Numbered from the stretch's first letter, positions 1-8,581 are shown. The stretch is DNA of 32,000 nucleotides from Candidatus Kuenenia stuttgartensis (GCF_900232105.1 NZ_LT934425.1:4170001-4202000), one strand, 5' to 3'. Notes: a model not told the origin generated them from the sequence alone. A program made the numbers and translations.

Positions 1-1
1 A

Positions 2-589
2 TTTATCGAAAACTACAAACAACTCAAAGAAGAGAAAGCCCCTGGAGATAAGATACTTTTTATGGATGGAGTTCATCCACAGCACAATTCTACGTCTGCA
101 TATTGCTGGATAGAGAAAGGCAAAAAGAAGGAAATACCCTCTAATACCGGCAGGAAAAGAATAAATTTAAACGGGGCTATTGACATAGAAACCTTTGAAG
201 TAACAATCCGGGAAGATGAAAGCATCAATGCTCAATCAACAATAAAGCTTTTCCATGAAATAGAGTCAAGGTATGCTCAAGCCGGTACTATTTACATAAT
301 CTCTGATAATGCTAAATATTACAGGTCTAAGTTGGTCAAAGAATACCTTGCAAATTCGAGAATAAAGATCAAATTTCTCCCTTCCTATTCGCCCAATTTA
401 AATCTCATTGAAAGATTATGGAAATTCTTTCGCAAAAAAATATTGTATAACAAGTATTATGATACTTATGAGAAGTTTAAAAACAAATGTTTAAGTTTTT
501 TCAAAAATATTAACGAGTATACAGATGAATTGTCTACTCTTTTAACTGAAAATTTTCAAATTATTGGCGAGCAAATTTCGAAAATCTGA
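2..589 (+). CDS. IS630-family (Tc1/mariner-like) DDE transposase, C-terminal catalytic part; the 5' end lies outside the window
   Basis: The frame is open from base 2 (FIENYKQLKEEKAPGDKILFMDGVHPQHN...). Motifs ILFMDGVHP, YIISDNAKYYRS and LPSYSPNLNLIERLWKFFRKK fit the IS630/DDE_3 D..D..E signature. The element appears to end near 600 next to a TA dinucleotide (gac|TA|TAtaatg). Confidence 0.85.
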   Translation, partial: FIENYKQLKEEKAPGDKILFMDGVHPQHNSTSAYCWIEKGKKKEIPSNTGRKRINLNGAIDIETFEVTIREDESINAQSTIKLFHEIESRYAQAGTIYIISDNAKYYRSKLVKEYLANSRIKIKFLPSYSPNLNLIERLWKFFRKKILYNKYYDTYEKFKNKCLSFFKNINEYTDELSTLLTENFQIIGEQISKI

Positions 590-989
590 TTTGTTTGACT
601 ATATAATGAATGCGCCAAAGACTTCCTGTTTTCCCAGGTTCCTTTACTGTTGTTGCATCAAATAAGCGAAGATGAAAATTATTCCGTTTATTAATTTGGA
701 GGCCACGCTCACGGAATAAAGATAAACATAATTTATATAGCCATTCTTTGCTCTTTTTTAATCGCTTTAATAAGGCAACATCGGATAAATCTGCTAAGTT
801 AGCACGCTTGGCTCGAACTACTGTTTCACGCAATGAATAGCCACATCCTAAATGAATTAATAATGTTCGAAGAAGCTTTTCTTCAGATTTATCCTTGCGC
901 AAGCCTTTTAAAGCATTTGTATCAACGGCTAAACTTTTCCAATCGTTTGGGAAGAAAGTTCTTAGAAGATCCCAATCTTCTCTCATCAT
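561..989 (-). pseudogene. IS4-family transposase, N-terminal fragment truncated by the IS630 insertion
   Basis: The stretch ALKGLRKDKSEEKLLRTLLIHLGCGYSLRETVVRAKRANLADLSDVALLKRLKKSKEWL...TVKEPGKTGSLWRIHY is a typical IS4-family N-terminus. Homology stops at about base 603. The last 13 codons (IVKQIRFSKFARQ) read into the IS630 end. Confidence 0.6.
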
Positions 990-1247
990 GGCTTTATCCT
1001 CCTATAGAGTGATTAGCGGGATAATTAATATAAAAATACCATGATGAATAAAATTTGTCAATAAAACAAGTTAGCGCTTATGGGGCACCGCCCCCGCAGC
1101 TCCTTATGAAGCAAATTATGTAATCGATCATTTTCTGAAAATTCTATGCTTTACCATCGTGCGTATCACCAATGAATTGCTGCCTTTCATCGGTGTTCAG
1201 GCAATTTGCAATGGTAATGAAAAGAATACACCGAAGTAAAATAATTT

Positions 1248-3287
1248 ATGGAAAACATACAAATAAATATTAACCATTTGTGGGTGATTATGGCGGCCTG
1301 CATGGTATTCCTGATGCAGTTGGGTTTTACCTCTTACGAAACCGGATTTTCCCAGTCCAAAAATGCCATCAGTATTGCATTGAGAAATCTCGTAGATACC
1401 CTTATCTCATCACTCGTTTTTTTCAGTGTGGGCTTTGGGTTCATGTTTGGCAAAAGCTACATGGGATTGATCGGAATAGATCTTTTCTTCGCAAATGATT
1501 TGGCATTGCATCCCAATACGTTATCGTATTCATTCTTTTTTTTCCAAATGGTCTTTGCATCCACAGCCGCCACAATATTAACAGGCGCCATAGCAGAACG
1601 CTCCGGTTTTATTCCCAATATAGCAGGTACCGCATTTATTGTTGCCATTATCTATCCAATCTTCGGGCACTGGGCATGGGGCAATCTCTTTTCCCCCGAT
1701 CAAACCGGCTGGTTAAAAGAATTGGGTTTTATTGATTTTGCAGGTGCAACGGTAGTACATTCCATCGGCGGCTGGTTTGCCATGGCGGCGGCTATAATGG
1801 TAGGGCCAAGAATAGACAAATACAATCCTGACGGATCTTCTAACCGGATTGGGTTACATAATGTACCACTAGCCACATTAGGCACTTTTTTTCTGTGGTT
1901 TGGTTGGTTTGGTTTTAACGGCGGAAGTCTTTTGAGAGTGAGCGCAAATATCGGATTGGTAATCCTGAATACGAACATGGCCGCCGCCTCTGCCGGGGTT
2001 TCCGCCCTCATATTTATTTATGCAACAAGAAAAAGGATCGAAGCAGGAAGTCTCTTCACTGCGATACTTGCCGGATTAGTTGCCATAACGGCAAGTTCAA
2101 ATATGGTTACCCCAGTCAGCGCAGTAGCTATCGGCCTCATTACCGGCATACTGGCAATCATTGCAGAAGGTTTTATTGAAAAGACTTTGAAAATCGACGA
2201 CCCCGTAAGCGCCATTGCCGTGCACGGAGTCGGCGGGGTAATAGGTACGCTCTGCGTCGCAATATTTGCGCAAAAATCGTATCTTCTTGCGGAAAACGGA
2301 AGCAGAATGCATCAGTTAGGCATACAGGCGTTAGGCGTTATCGTCGCCTTTTCGTGGTCATTCGGGCTGGGCATGCTTTTCTTCTTATGCCTAAAGAAAG
2401 TAAAGAGATTACGGGTAACCCCTGAAGAAGAAAAGAGAGGACTGAATGTCGCCGAATATGAAGACGTTGCGTCGTGGCTTGATTTTATAAGAATAACACG
2501 GCTGCAGGATATAAATACAATACTTGAAAAAAGGGTGCAGGAAAAGACAGCAGACCTTCAAATGGCAAATGTTGCTTTAGAAAAGGCAAACAGGCTGAAA
2601 TCTGAATTCCTGACAACAATGTCACATGAGCTGCGCACTCCTTTAAACGCAATCATTGGATTCGCAGAAGTCTTACGTGACGAAATCGCCGGTTCTCTCA
2701 GCAAAGACCAAAAAGAATACGTAACCGATATTCACAGCAGCGGCCATCATCTGCTTGATATGATTAACAACATATTGGACCTTTCAAAAATTGAAACGGG
2801 GAAAATGCATCTTCAATACGAGGAATTTTGCATTGAAGATGCAATTAATGACACACTGACAATTATAAACGCATCCGCCAACAATAAAGGAATTTCCGTT
2901 CATACAAATATACAGGATAACACGCCACTGCTATCCGCTGACAAAACAAAATTCAGGCAGATTCTTTATAATTTGCTATCAAATGCAGTGAAATTTACCC
3001 CTGAAAATGGCAAAATTACTATAAACGTTTTCCAAAAAGACAACTCTCTGCAATTTGAAATAGTTGATACCGGCATTGGTATAAAGCCTGAAGACAAAGA
3101 GAAATTATTCGAAGCATTTCACCAGGCAGATGCATCGCTTACAAGAGAATATGAGGGTACAGGGCTTGGATTGCATCTGACAAAACGTCTTGTAGAATTA
3201 CATGGTGGCAAGATATGGGCAGAAAGTACCTTTGGAAAAGGAAGCACCTTCTTTTTTATCTTGCCCATAAATCCAGTGAACAAGTAA
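1248..3287 (+). CDS. Amt/MEP ammonium channel fused to a histidine kinase (ammonium sensor kinase, Ks-Amt5-like architecture)
   Basis: The N-terminal ~390 aa form a polytopic Amt domain with twin-His contexts (GATVVHSIGGWFAMAAAIMVGPR and AIAVHGVGGVIGTL). A coiled-coil linker follows, then HisKA (MSHELRTPLNAIIGF) and HATPase_c (LLSNAVKFTP, VDTGIGI, GTGLGLHLTKRLVELHGGKIW). No response regulator gene is adjacent. Confidence 0.9.
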   Translation: MENIQININHLWVIMAACMVFLMQLGFTSYETGFSQSKNAISIALRNLVDTLISSLVFFSVGFGFMFGKSYMGLIGIDLFFANDLALHPNTLSYSFFFFQMVFASTAATILTGAIAERSGFIPNIAGTAFIVAIIYPIFGHWAWGNLFSPDQTGWLKELGFIDFAGATVVHSIGGWFAMAAAIMVGPRIDKYNPDGSSNRIGLHNVPLATLGTFFLWFGWFGFNGGSLLRVSANIGLVILNTNMAAASAGVSALIFIYATRKRIEAGSLFTAILAGLVAITASSNMVTPVSAVAIGLITGILAIIAEGFIEKTLKIDDPVSAIAVHGVGGVIGTLCVAIFAQKSYLLAENGSRMHQLGIQALGVIVAFSWSFGLGMLFFLCLKKVKRLRVTPEEEKRGLNVAEYEDVASWLDFIRITRLQDINTILEKRVQEKTADLQMANVALEKANRLKSEFLTTMSHELRTPLNAIIGFAEVLRDEIAGSLSKDQKEYVTDIHSSGHHLLDMINNILDLSKIETGKMHLQYEEFCIEDAINDTLTIINASANNKGISVHTNIQDNTPLLSADKTKFRQILYNLLSNAVKFTPENGKITINVFQKDNSLQFEIVDTGIGIKPEDKEKLFEAFHQADASLTREYEGTGLGLHLTKRLVELHGGKIWAESTFGKGSTFFFILPINPVNK

Positions 3288-3370
3288 GATATGCGACGCA
3301 CTACGTTAAAGTTTAAATTCCTTCCCGTATCTTGCGGAGAAAGAAACCGGAAGGAGGCATTATTTCATAA

Positions 3371-3407
3371 CCACCCCTTAATCCCTTCCTTGCATAGGAG
3401 AGGAAAG
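3371..3407. repeat. GC-rich hairpin repeat with a GGGATTAAGGGGTGG-type tail (copy 1, tail motif on the minus strand)
   Basis: ccaccccttaatcccttccttgcataggagaggaaag. The reverse complement aligns with the copy at 9006-9055 (aaggaagggattaaggggtgg versus gaaggaatgtattaaggggtgg). Confidence 0.4.
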
Positions 3408-3426
3408 CTCTCTCTGTTCGTACCTT

Positions 3427-3601
3427 TGACAAAATGATTTGAAATGCTAAGCAAATGCATCTTTTGTATCTCGCATTTCGTGCTTCATAATTGTTGTATG
3501 TTTTGGATTTGTTTTGAATTTTATGCTTTGTTATTCGGATTTGTTTCGTATTTCGTACCTCGAGTTTCGTATTTTTTATTTCGTGCTTGTTTGGTTCTGG
3601 C
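3427..3601 (+). repeat. Dispersed AT-rich intergenic repeat, copy A (copy B at 11143-11256, same orientation)
   Basis: tgacaaaatgatttgaaatgctaagcaa...attgttgtatgttttggatttgttttgaattttatgctttgtt...gtttggttctgg aligns with tgacaaaatgatttgaaatgttaaacaa...attgttggatgttttgaatttgtgttgaattttatgtttgtttggttccgg. Copy A carries an extra insert rich in tttcgta motifs. Confidence 0.6.
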
Positions 3602-3616
3602 TATGCCAGCTTAGGT

Positions 3617-5206
3617 ATGACCAATAAATTTAACTATATACTCCTCTTAAGTGTTTTAATTATCACCCCGTTATTCTTTTTGCCATTTACTCCGGAAGAC
3701 CCTTTTCTGCTTCCCAAAAGAGCAGTTTCTACCTTACTTTCATGCGGTGTAATTATTTTTGTTTTCTTCCCTGCGAACAAATTATTAACGACTTTATCAT
3801 CTTCACTCTTTTCAGCAACGTTGCTATTACTCACCTGTTTTGCCGTAACTATTCCATACAGTACAAATTATCATGAGGGCTTCGATGAATTAAAAAGATG
3901 GGCATGCCTTTTCACTCTTTTCCTTGCGGCTTCACAAATAAGGTGGTCCCGAAATATACTTCTGCCACTGATAAAGATCTGCATGGGAATAAGTTGTTTT
4001 ATCGCACTATATGCATTGTTAGAGTATTTTGAAATACTCTCCTTCTATCCATGCGGTTTTTCAAAAAAAAGAATATATTCTTTTTTTGGTTATCAAAATA
4101 TACTGGCGCAATATTTATCCATCATGGTTTTGTGGAGCCTTGGAATCCTGGTAAATTGTTCATCAATTAAAACAAAAATAACGACCATTTCCTGCATATC
4201 CATATCCTTGCTAGCCTTGTTTTTTACTTTTTGCAGAGGGGCGATGGTTTCAACTATAATTGGAGGCATATTCTTTTCAGTTTATTATCTCAGCATAAAA
4301 TTAAAAACCTCGTCTATTTCCCCAATAGTCTCACTATGTTCATCAAAGAAAAGAGTAATCTTTTTTTTGTGCATCATATCGTTTATGTTTGCACTGCCTG
4401 TTGCCGCTTTATGGGGAAAAATTCCAATTAAACACAAAAAAACATCACGCCATATTTCAACGATAATCAGCAGAAAAGATAATTTACGTTTTACTCTTTG
4501 GAAAGACTCGGCAAAAATGCTGATTCAGGAACCTGTCAGGGGAGTGGGTTTAGGAAATTATTTTATTAAATACCCTCTTTACAAATCGGGAAAATGGAAA
4601 TGGATGACCATGTATGCACACAACGAATTATTACACATGGTTACAGAAACAGGTATCGTGGGTTTTTGCGGCATTTGCATTTTCCTCTTTGTTATTATAA
4701 GGGCTATTTTGCGGAATTTTCTTTTTAAATATACTACTGAAACAAAACTATTATTCCTTGCGCCTGCCGCAGGATGCATTGCTGCGTTGTCTCAATCGAT
4801 GGTAAGTTACAACCTGCACTCATCTACCTCTTCCGTGTATTTTTTCATCGGACTGGGAATTATTTGCTCAGGGAAATTTGAAGAAACAAAAACCGAAACG
4901 CTCTTCTTTAATACTTTGTTTAAAAAAATCCTTGTTATCGTTCCCGTTATTTTTATTTCGATTTGGGGGATGTATGGCGAATACAGGAAAATTATCGGTC
5001 ATTATTATTACAATAATGCTTTAAACGCATTGATTGAAGAAGACCCTCAGGAGTGCATTGAATATTCTTTAAAGGCGATAGAACTTCAGCCATACAATTC
5101 AAAATACCATCGTTTAATAAGCATTGCCTATGAAGATTCAGATCAGCAGGAACTTGCAGAACAACATTATAGAAAAGTCCTGACACTGACACCGAATCAT
5201 AAATAA
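3617..5206 (+). CDS. O-antigen ligase/polymerase-like (Wzy_C-type) polytopic membrane protein with C-terminal TPR repeats
   Basis: Multiple TM helices. The signature MYAHNELLHMVTETGIVGF is typical of the O-antigen ligase family. The C-terminus (YYNNALNALIEEDPQECIEYSLKAIELQPYNSKYHRLISIAYE...) is TPR-like. The ATG at 3617 is preferred over the TTG at 3587 used by the ORF track. Confidence 0.75.
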   Translation: MTNKFNYILLLSVLIITPLFFLPFTPEDPFLLPKRAVSTLLSCGVIIFVFFPANKLLTTLSSSLFSATLLLLTCFAVTIPYSTNYHEGFDELKRWACLFTLFLAASQIRWSRNILLPLIKICMGISCFIALYALLEYFEILSFYPCGFSKKRIYSFFGYQNILAQYLSIMVLWSLGILVNCSSIKTKITTISCISISLLALFFTFCRGAMVSTIIGGIFFSVYYLSIKLKTSSISPIVSLCSSKKRVIFFLCIISFMFALPVAALWGKIPIKHKKTSRHISTIISRKDNLRFTLWKDSAKMLIQEPVRGVGLGNYFIKYPLYKSGKWKWMTMYAHNELLHMVTETGIVGFCGICIFLFVIIRAILRNFLFKYTTETKLLFLAPAAGCIAALSQSMVSYNLHSSTSSVYFFIGLGIICSGKFEETKTETLFFNTLFKKILVIVPVIFISIWGMYGEYRKIIGHYYYNNALNALIEEDPQECIEYSLKAIELQPYNSKYHRLISIAYEDSDQQELAEQHYRKVLTLTPNHK

Positions 5207-5553
5207 TGAGTAACAACATGTAATGCATATAAAGACGGCTGACGCCTGCCTATGCGATGCATGCAGACAGGTGCGATCAACTAACAGGCAGGCAATACCA
5301 AACCCACAGTGTACCTTTTTTCGTCAAGCAATGAATACCCCCCTACACGGCAACGTCAAAGTCACCCTACGAAAGACGCGGATCAAGAATTTGTGCCAAA
5401 AGCTCCCGTCAATAAGTGGAGAAGAAAGTAAAAAACGATAGAATTCCCATATAAATCGGCAGAAATGAGCAAAACAAGCAAAATGTAACGGGAGTATCCC
5501 TGTGGTAACGAAAGAGATAGTAAAAAAATAAAGGCTTTTTTTTGTTCTCTACA

Positions 5554-7313
5554 TTACAAGCGAAGCATTTGAAGTGCAAGAAAAGGTCTTGCCGCAAAAT
5601 TTCTGAGCGTCTTTGCAATATTTGGTACATTGAGAAAATGAAACAGCCCAACCACAAGGTTCTTCAAAGAAGCCATTGCCCTTGGGGCATTTTGTGTGCG
5701 TATTTGAGAATGGTCTTCACGGAAGGAGGTATCACGCACATAATGAAGTCCATTTTCTATTGACCAGTGTCCGCGGGAAAACTTAAGAATGGTTTTGGGA
5801 CTTGCTTTTTGTTGTGTCAGGCTGGTAATACCGTAAACAATTTCCTCGGTCTTTTTGCCGGTCTTGACTTTTGTAAATATTCTATGAATGCAAAATACCT
5901 GCTTAACGTAGGGGAAATCAAGTTATTCGTTTAATTCGGTGCTGGTCCAAATCCTGCGGATTTCAATGCGGCCATGGCCTTTTTCAATTGTTTCGTGCTG
6001 AGGGGGGGAAAAGAACTGAGATTCAGTTCCTTGATGGCTTGTTTTATGGTTTTTTGATTATCTTTCACCGTGAATATATATTCTGCCTTTTTGTCTTCTA
6101 CCAGATAACGGGCGGTTTCCTTTTGCGCATGTAAGGCATCGAAAGTAACGACACGGTCTTTTATGTCTAAATCATCAAACAATACCGGAACCATCGGTAT
6201 TTCGTTTGTTTTGCGGTCTACCTGAGTTTGTGCGAGAACTATACCCTGTTTATGAAGAAAAGCGGCAAGCAAATGTACCTGTTTGCCGTCAGGCTGTCTT
6301 GCACCGCAAAGGGTTTTCCCGTCAACCGCAATGGGCAGGCTTTTATCACCTACAGATTGAAACCAACGCGAGAGGACTTTATCAACTGCTTCTGCATCCA
6401 CCTGCTGTAAGAAACGCCTGATGGTAGGTTCACTCGGTGGTTCGTATCGTTTCGTTTTTGCATTGTAACGGCAGGAGAGACGTTTGAGCATATTTTGCGG
6501 ACAACGCTTTGCCCACTCTGCAATGGCGGCAAAGCTCCAGGCATTGCAGATGATAGCACAGATAGAAATTGCCAGGATAGAACGTTTCCTGTGGCGAACG
6601 CCTCTGGGCATGCGATGTTCAGGGATTTGCTGCAATAATTCGTCAAGAAATTCCGCATCTTTTAAAGATAATTTCATAGGCTTTGTCTCCTTTCTTAATT
6701 GTATGGTAAGATTAAGGTTGTTAAGTTGTTTTTGGACTTGTGCTTTCAATGAGCGAACAAAGACCATCTTTGGCTTATTGTGCAGAAGATAGCCTTGTGA
6801 TGATCTGGCAAAACCGGTTGAATGTCCTAAAAAAATCCATCCTGCGGCCTTATAGCAGACGCCTTTAAAAAAACGAGGATCGACAAAGGTCTCCACAAGC
6901 CAGATTGGATGCCCATAGACCTTAGTCCAGTCTTGTGATAAGCGCTTAAGGTTAAGAGAAAGAATACGGGAGGCAAGGTTTGGTACGTGTATCTGAGGAA
7001 GGATCAGGAAACGTGAGTTGTTTGCTATGAGTTTCAGTCGTTGCGATTTTAAAAATGGCGGCCATCCAATCCACTTATCGCGAACGGTACATTTTAATGC
7101 TGCGGCAGCCCAGCCGATCAAGGCAAGCCATTGTCCCTGTGATTCCGCTACGTAGCGAATTGATTCTCCTACGAGAGAATGAAATCCAAGGTAATGATGC
7201 TGGCGCATCAGTGTGTCCCAATTTGCCTGGTCGTTTTGTGAAACAGGACGAACGGTAATTGAATGAAGTAGTTCGTTGTGTGTGTTATCGATTGGTGTTG
7301 TATGCTGGTTCAT
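5554..7313 (-). pseudogene. ISAs1-family (H-repeat-associated) transposase with an extra N-terminal DUF4338-like domain; the reading frame is broken near 5931
   Basis: The 460-aa ORF (7313-5931) has two parts. The N-terminal ~210 aa carry motifs I recognise as DUF4338-like (HHYLGFHSLVGESIRYVA, IANNSRFLILPQIHVPNLASRIL, LVETFVDPRFFKGVCYKAAGW). An ISAs1 N-terminal region (RGVRHRKRSILAISICAIICNAWSFAAIAEWAK) and the start of the DDE core (IAVDGKTLCGA...VTFDALHAQKETARYL) follow. The transposase C-terminus (HWSIENGLHYVRDTSFREDHSQIRTQNAPRAMASLKNL) continues in another frame at 5770-5554. Confidence 0.7.
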
Positions 7314-7589
7314 GCCCTATAATATAAAATATTTTAGGGGGAATGTCCACGTTTTTTTACATATCTTTGTATATTATGCGCTTATGGAAAACTTTGACAG
7401 CGCCGTGGTAGGAAGATAGTCTTCCTCTTTCATGACGAAGTCGATAGATATACCCTAAGGGGCTCTCTTAGAGATGCAGAGATTGATATTGATGAGTTTG
7501 TGAAGAATCTGTAGGGTTAGTTTTTTATGAAGGGGTGATTGGTAAAAAGTTTCTAACTTAATAAGGTACAAGGATCACAAATAGAAAAC

Positions 7590-7648
7590 ACCTAACAATT
7601 CAATACAGCGGACGGCAAAAACCGCTGCCGCTGATTTCTGCGTTAGCC
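7590..7648 (+). other. attC-like (59-base-element-like) recombination site, upstream boundary of the TA cassette
   Basis: ACCTAACAATTCAATACAGCGGACGGCAAAAACCGCTGCCGCTGATTTCTGCGTTAGCC. The inverse core ACCTAAC fits RYYYAAC exactly. The core GTTAGCC fits GTTRRRY with one mismatch. The internal arms pair imperfectly (CAGCGG..CGG / CCG..CCGCTG) with bulged bases. The CTAACAATTC start resembles classical class 1 attC sites. Confidence 0.55.
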
Positions 7649-7680
7649 CAAAAAACAATACTTCTATTATTCATGTGACG

Positions 7681-7689
7681 TGCTATACT
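7681..7689 (+). promoter_or_regulatory. Candidate extended -10 promoter element (TGcTATACT) for the TA pair
   Basis: TGCTATACT lies 38 nt upstream of the antitoxin ATG, and the RBS-like GAGGGGA lies at 7714-7720. No clear -35 element. Confidence 0.3.
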
Positions 7690-7727
7690 ACTAAAAACAA
7701 TAACCTTGAATTTGAGGGGAGAACAGA

Positions 7728-7928
7728 ATGTCAACAGTAAGCAAAATCAAAGAAGCGATAGAAACCCTTCCAGAGAATGATTATGTACAATTGAGGCAGT
7801 GGTTTTCGGAAAAAGACTGGAAAAAATGGGATAATCAGATTTTAGCGGATTCAGAAGCAGGAACGCTGGATTTCCTGATTAAGGAAGCCCTTGAAGAAAA
7901 ATCGAAGGGAAAGCTTAAAGAACTATAA
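7728..7928 (+). CDS. Type II antitoxin (small acidic partner of a RelE/ParE-like toxin)
   Basis: 66 aa with a RBS. The stop TAA abuts the toxin ATG directly (TAAATG). The pattern IKEAIETLPENDYVQLRQWFSEKDWKKWDNQILADSEAGTLDFLIKEA is typical of antitoxins paired with HPSL-motif RelE/ParE toxins. Confidence 0.7.
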   Translation: MSTVSKIKEAIETLPENDYVQLRQWFSEKDWKKWDNQILADSEAGTLDFLIKEALEEKSKGKLKEL

Positions 7929-8189
7929 ATGCATCGGACAACAAATCGATTCTGGAAATATTTTGAGAATCTTCCACCACTTGTTCAAAAGAGAGCTAGG
8001 AAGAATTTTGAGCTTCTCAAAAAGAACCATTCGCATCCATCTCTTCATTTTAAAAAAGGTGGAGTGCTTTGGTCAGCCAGAGTCGGAATGAATCATAGGG
8101 CACTTTCAGTTGAAGATGGTAAAGATTATATTTGGGTTTGGATAGGTACTCACGATGAGTACGAGCGTATGATTAATAAAAAGGGCTAA
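7929..8189 (+). CDS. RelE/ParE-superfamily type II toxin
   Basis: 86 aa. The sequence NHSHPSLHFKKGGVLWSARVGMNHRALSVEDGKDYIWVWIGTHDEYERMI matches the RelE/ParE toxin pattern (HPSL..KK...S.R....RAL......W.WIG.H.EY). The stop codon lies inside the attC-like inverse core GGCTAAC. Confidence 0.75.
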   Translation: MHRTTNRFWKYFENLPPLVQKRARKNFELLKKNHSHPSLHFKKGGVLWSARVGMNHRALSVEDGKDYIWVWIGTHDEYERMINKKG

Positions 8190-8308
8190 CAAGCGCATTA
8201 AGCCAACCACCAATAACTATGCGATTTAATATTTATTGAGGCTGCCGCTTCAAGCCTTTCTTGCAAGCGTTACGCACAGGTGGTGGTTGCTTATGCGAGA
8301 CGTTAGCC
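8184..8308 (+). other. attC-like recombination site (125 bp), downstream boundary of the TA cassette
   Basis: GGCTAAC (8184-8190) and GTTAGCC (8302-8308) are perfect complements. The next arms pair as AAGCGCATTAAG-CAACCACCA against TGGTGGTTG-CTTATGCGAGAC, with one unpaired T and a variable centre. This R''-L''...L'-R' layout is what integron attC sites show. Confidence 0.55.
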
Positions 8309-8400
8309 GTACTAAACAAAAACAGGAACCAATCAGGTTATACCTGAAAGAGTTCTTTATTTCCCATCATAACTTCATGCATTAGACCAAAATTGTTTTA

Positions 8401-8581
8401 TGGGGGTATCCGCTTGACTCAAGTAGAGCCATATCTTGTGGTTTACGTATGTAATCGGTCACCACGAATATTTCGTCCCTTTACTGGCTCACTGGTTCAA
8501 TGTTAACAGCCTTTAGTGGGTAATCTTCTATACCCACCTATACTATATGTTGTATCTACTTGAGTCAAGCGGATACCCCCA
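8401..8581. mobile_element. MITE-like non-autonomous element, 181 bp, with 27-bp perfect terminal inverted repeats and an 8-bp target-site duplication
   Basis: The left TIR TGGGGGTATCCGCTTGACTCAAGTAGA (8401-8427) is the exact reverse complement of 8555-8581. The direct repeat TTGTTTTA flanks both ends (8393-8400 and 8582-8589). No ORF inside. Confidence 0.8.

Noticed and set aside
1071-1085. Shared 10-mer gcgcttatgg near the upstream ends of the IS4-like (1076) and ISAs1-like (7375) genes, as a possible common IS terminus
   Set aside because: Hundreds of 10-mer coincidences are expected by chance in 32 kb on two strands, and the flanking bases do not align.
5223-5657. Short ORFs (72-82 aa) between the O-antigen-ligase-like gene and the ISAs1 remnant
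   Set aside because: They have no RBS, overlap each other and the transposase C-terminal fragment, and have unusual composition. The region is better explained as the IS end plus an 8-bp-stem hairpin (GCCTGCCT...AGGCAGGC at about 5246-5293).
7381-7513. Possible remnant of a truncated gene (open frame ending ...RGSLRDAEIDIDEFVKNL*) between the ISAs1 element and the first attC-like site, perhaps an older cassette
   Set aside because: It has no start codon, spans only about 38 codons, and I could not assign it to a family. The following GTTAG...CTAAC motifs are in the wrong order for an attC. Too weak to annotate.
7891-8091. 66-aa ORF overlapping the antitoxin/toxin junction
   Set aside because: It is an alternative frame across two well-supported, tightly coupled TA genes, with no independent signals.
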